A stretch of DNA of 64,000 nucleotides, from assembly GCA_013239625.1 (NCBI GenBank), contig MU053513.1, forward strand, positions 2,096,927-2,160,926, given 5' to 3'. The translations under genes and the position numbers were made by a program. The stretch is from Lama guanicoe. Its lineage: Eukaryota. The notes beneath the pieces were generated by a model, which saw only the letters and a program-made list of their open reading frames with translations, made no database searches and had not been told where the DNA came from. Positions 62,894 to 64,000 of the stretch are shown here, piece after piece. Every line of letters begins with the position of its first letter. The stretch's first letter is position 1.

Positions 62894-64000
62894 TAGAAAT
62901 CTGATGAACTAATGTGAAGGAAAAGCTGGGCTGGGCTAACAAGATAACTCACAAATCTAAGTGTCAGAATACTGGTCTGAGTTCTGCTGGACTAACTTGT
63001 AAATCTAAGTTAATTAGTGTTGGCTTGCTGTTCATGTTTTTTTTTTTGCTAGCCAGCTGGATTTTCAAAGAGATATATCTGGCTTTGGAATGTTGGTTTG
63101 CTGCCTCCCTGCCTCCACTTTTGTGATAATGATGCTGCTAAAGCGGTTCCATGCCTATTGGCCGAATACCCCAAGCTTGTACTTTACCCTACAAAACCTC
63201 ATGCGCACGTCGTGGAGGTGCTCAGAGCTTCGGAGCAGAAGCCCCTCTGAGCCCGCCGGCGTAATACATCTGAGCACTCCAACCCTCCGAGTGGCGCTTG
63301 CTTCTTGGCTGGCCTGTCGTTTCCGTAACACGAACAGTTACCAATGTAAGGTACCGTATGCTAAGTGCCGTGTCAATATTACAGACAGTAAAATATTTTG
63401 CTGAACAAGCTGTGAGTAGGAAGAAATCTCCAAGGCTTAAGATCCTAAGGGAAGGTGTCCAGGGCAGGGTGAGATATGACAAGTAGTAAAAAATGACTAT
63501 CAAGGAGACACAAATAACGAGGGAGTTAGAGCAGAGCATGTTCACGAAATGGTGGTAAGACAAGCCAAGCCAAGTCGGGCTCAGATGAGATTGCACGGGG
63601 CAGTGATTGCACAGAGACACAAGAACCTCATGACACTTAATACTGAGAACCCATCGTGTGTGAAATCCCTCCCATTCAGAGGAATTTCTCTCCTACTCAA
63701 GAAAGCGCGCATGAGGACTAGGGAAGATGACATTATTGGATAACTGTGAATGTGCTCAAATCTCATACTTCAGTATGATTAGCAGCAGCCGGCTTGGTCC
63801 ACAACGACGGCAACACGCCGCGCTGAGACCCTTTGCTGCGTGCTTTAAACACCAATTCAGTTTGTACTTCAGCGTGCTTAAGAGTCAGCTTTGCTAAAGG
63901 TTTTTAACTTGGTAACTTGCAGATACTTGGGATCTACCCACAACAAATTCTAATTCAGTAATTCTGTGAAGGGGCTTGAACAATGCACATTTTTTGACAA

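Larger units (their letters stand above)
44216..64000 (-). other. AK5: AK5 intron upstream of the exon (runs past the window end)
   Basis: AG acceptor at 44216-44217. I did not find the preceding expected exon (...GIVIDGFPRDVAQALSFEDQ). Confidence 0.8.

Overview
This is mammalian genomic DNA, most likely from a camelid: it has three short tRNA-derived vic-1-type SINEs and no Alu, BovB/Bov-tA, PRE-1 or CAN elements that I could see. The whole window appears to lie inside the adenylate kinase 5 gene (AK5, minus strand). Only one coding exon is present (44024-44215, 192 nt, canonical CAG/GT, phase 0-0, LID region of the first kinase domain). The rest is intron with layered retroelements: a fairly young L1 3' half whose ORF2 is open for 648 codons (1-2583), several 5'-truncated L1s with readable target-site duplications (TSDs), old L1M, L2 and MIR relics, MaLR/ERV solo LTRs and hAT MITEs. 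I see no prokaryotic-type system and no clearly new biological system. The best unexplained structure is a ~2.1 kb non-L1 segment (21092-23178) with AATAAA, an A-tail and a 17-bp TSD that splits an L2 cleanly, which fits an orphan L1 transduction or a retrocopy of unknown source. Also notable are two candidate truncating AK5 acceptors, a near-perfect 155/157-bp tandem duplication, an (A17-TAAGAATGGG)x8 array and a poly(A)-only insertion. Repeat subfamily names come from remembered consensus motifs, and their boundaries are approximate unless TSDs are given.
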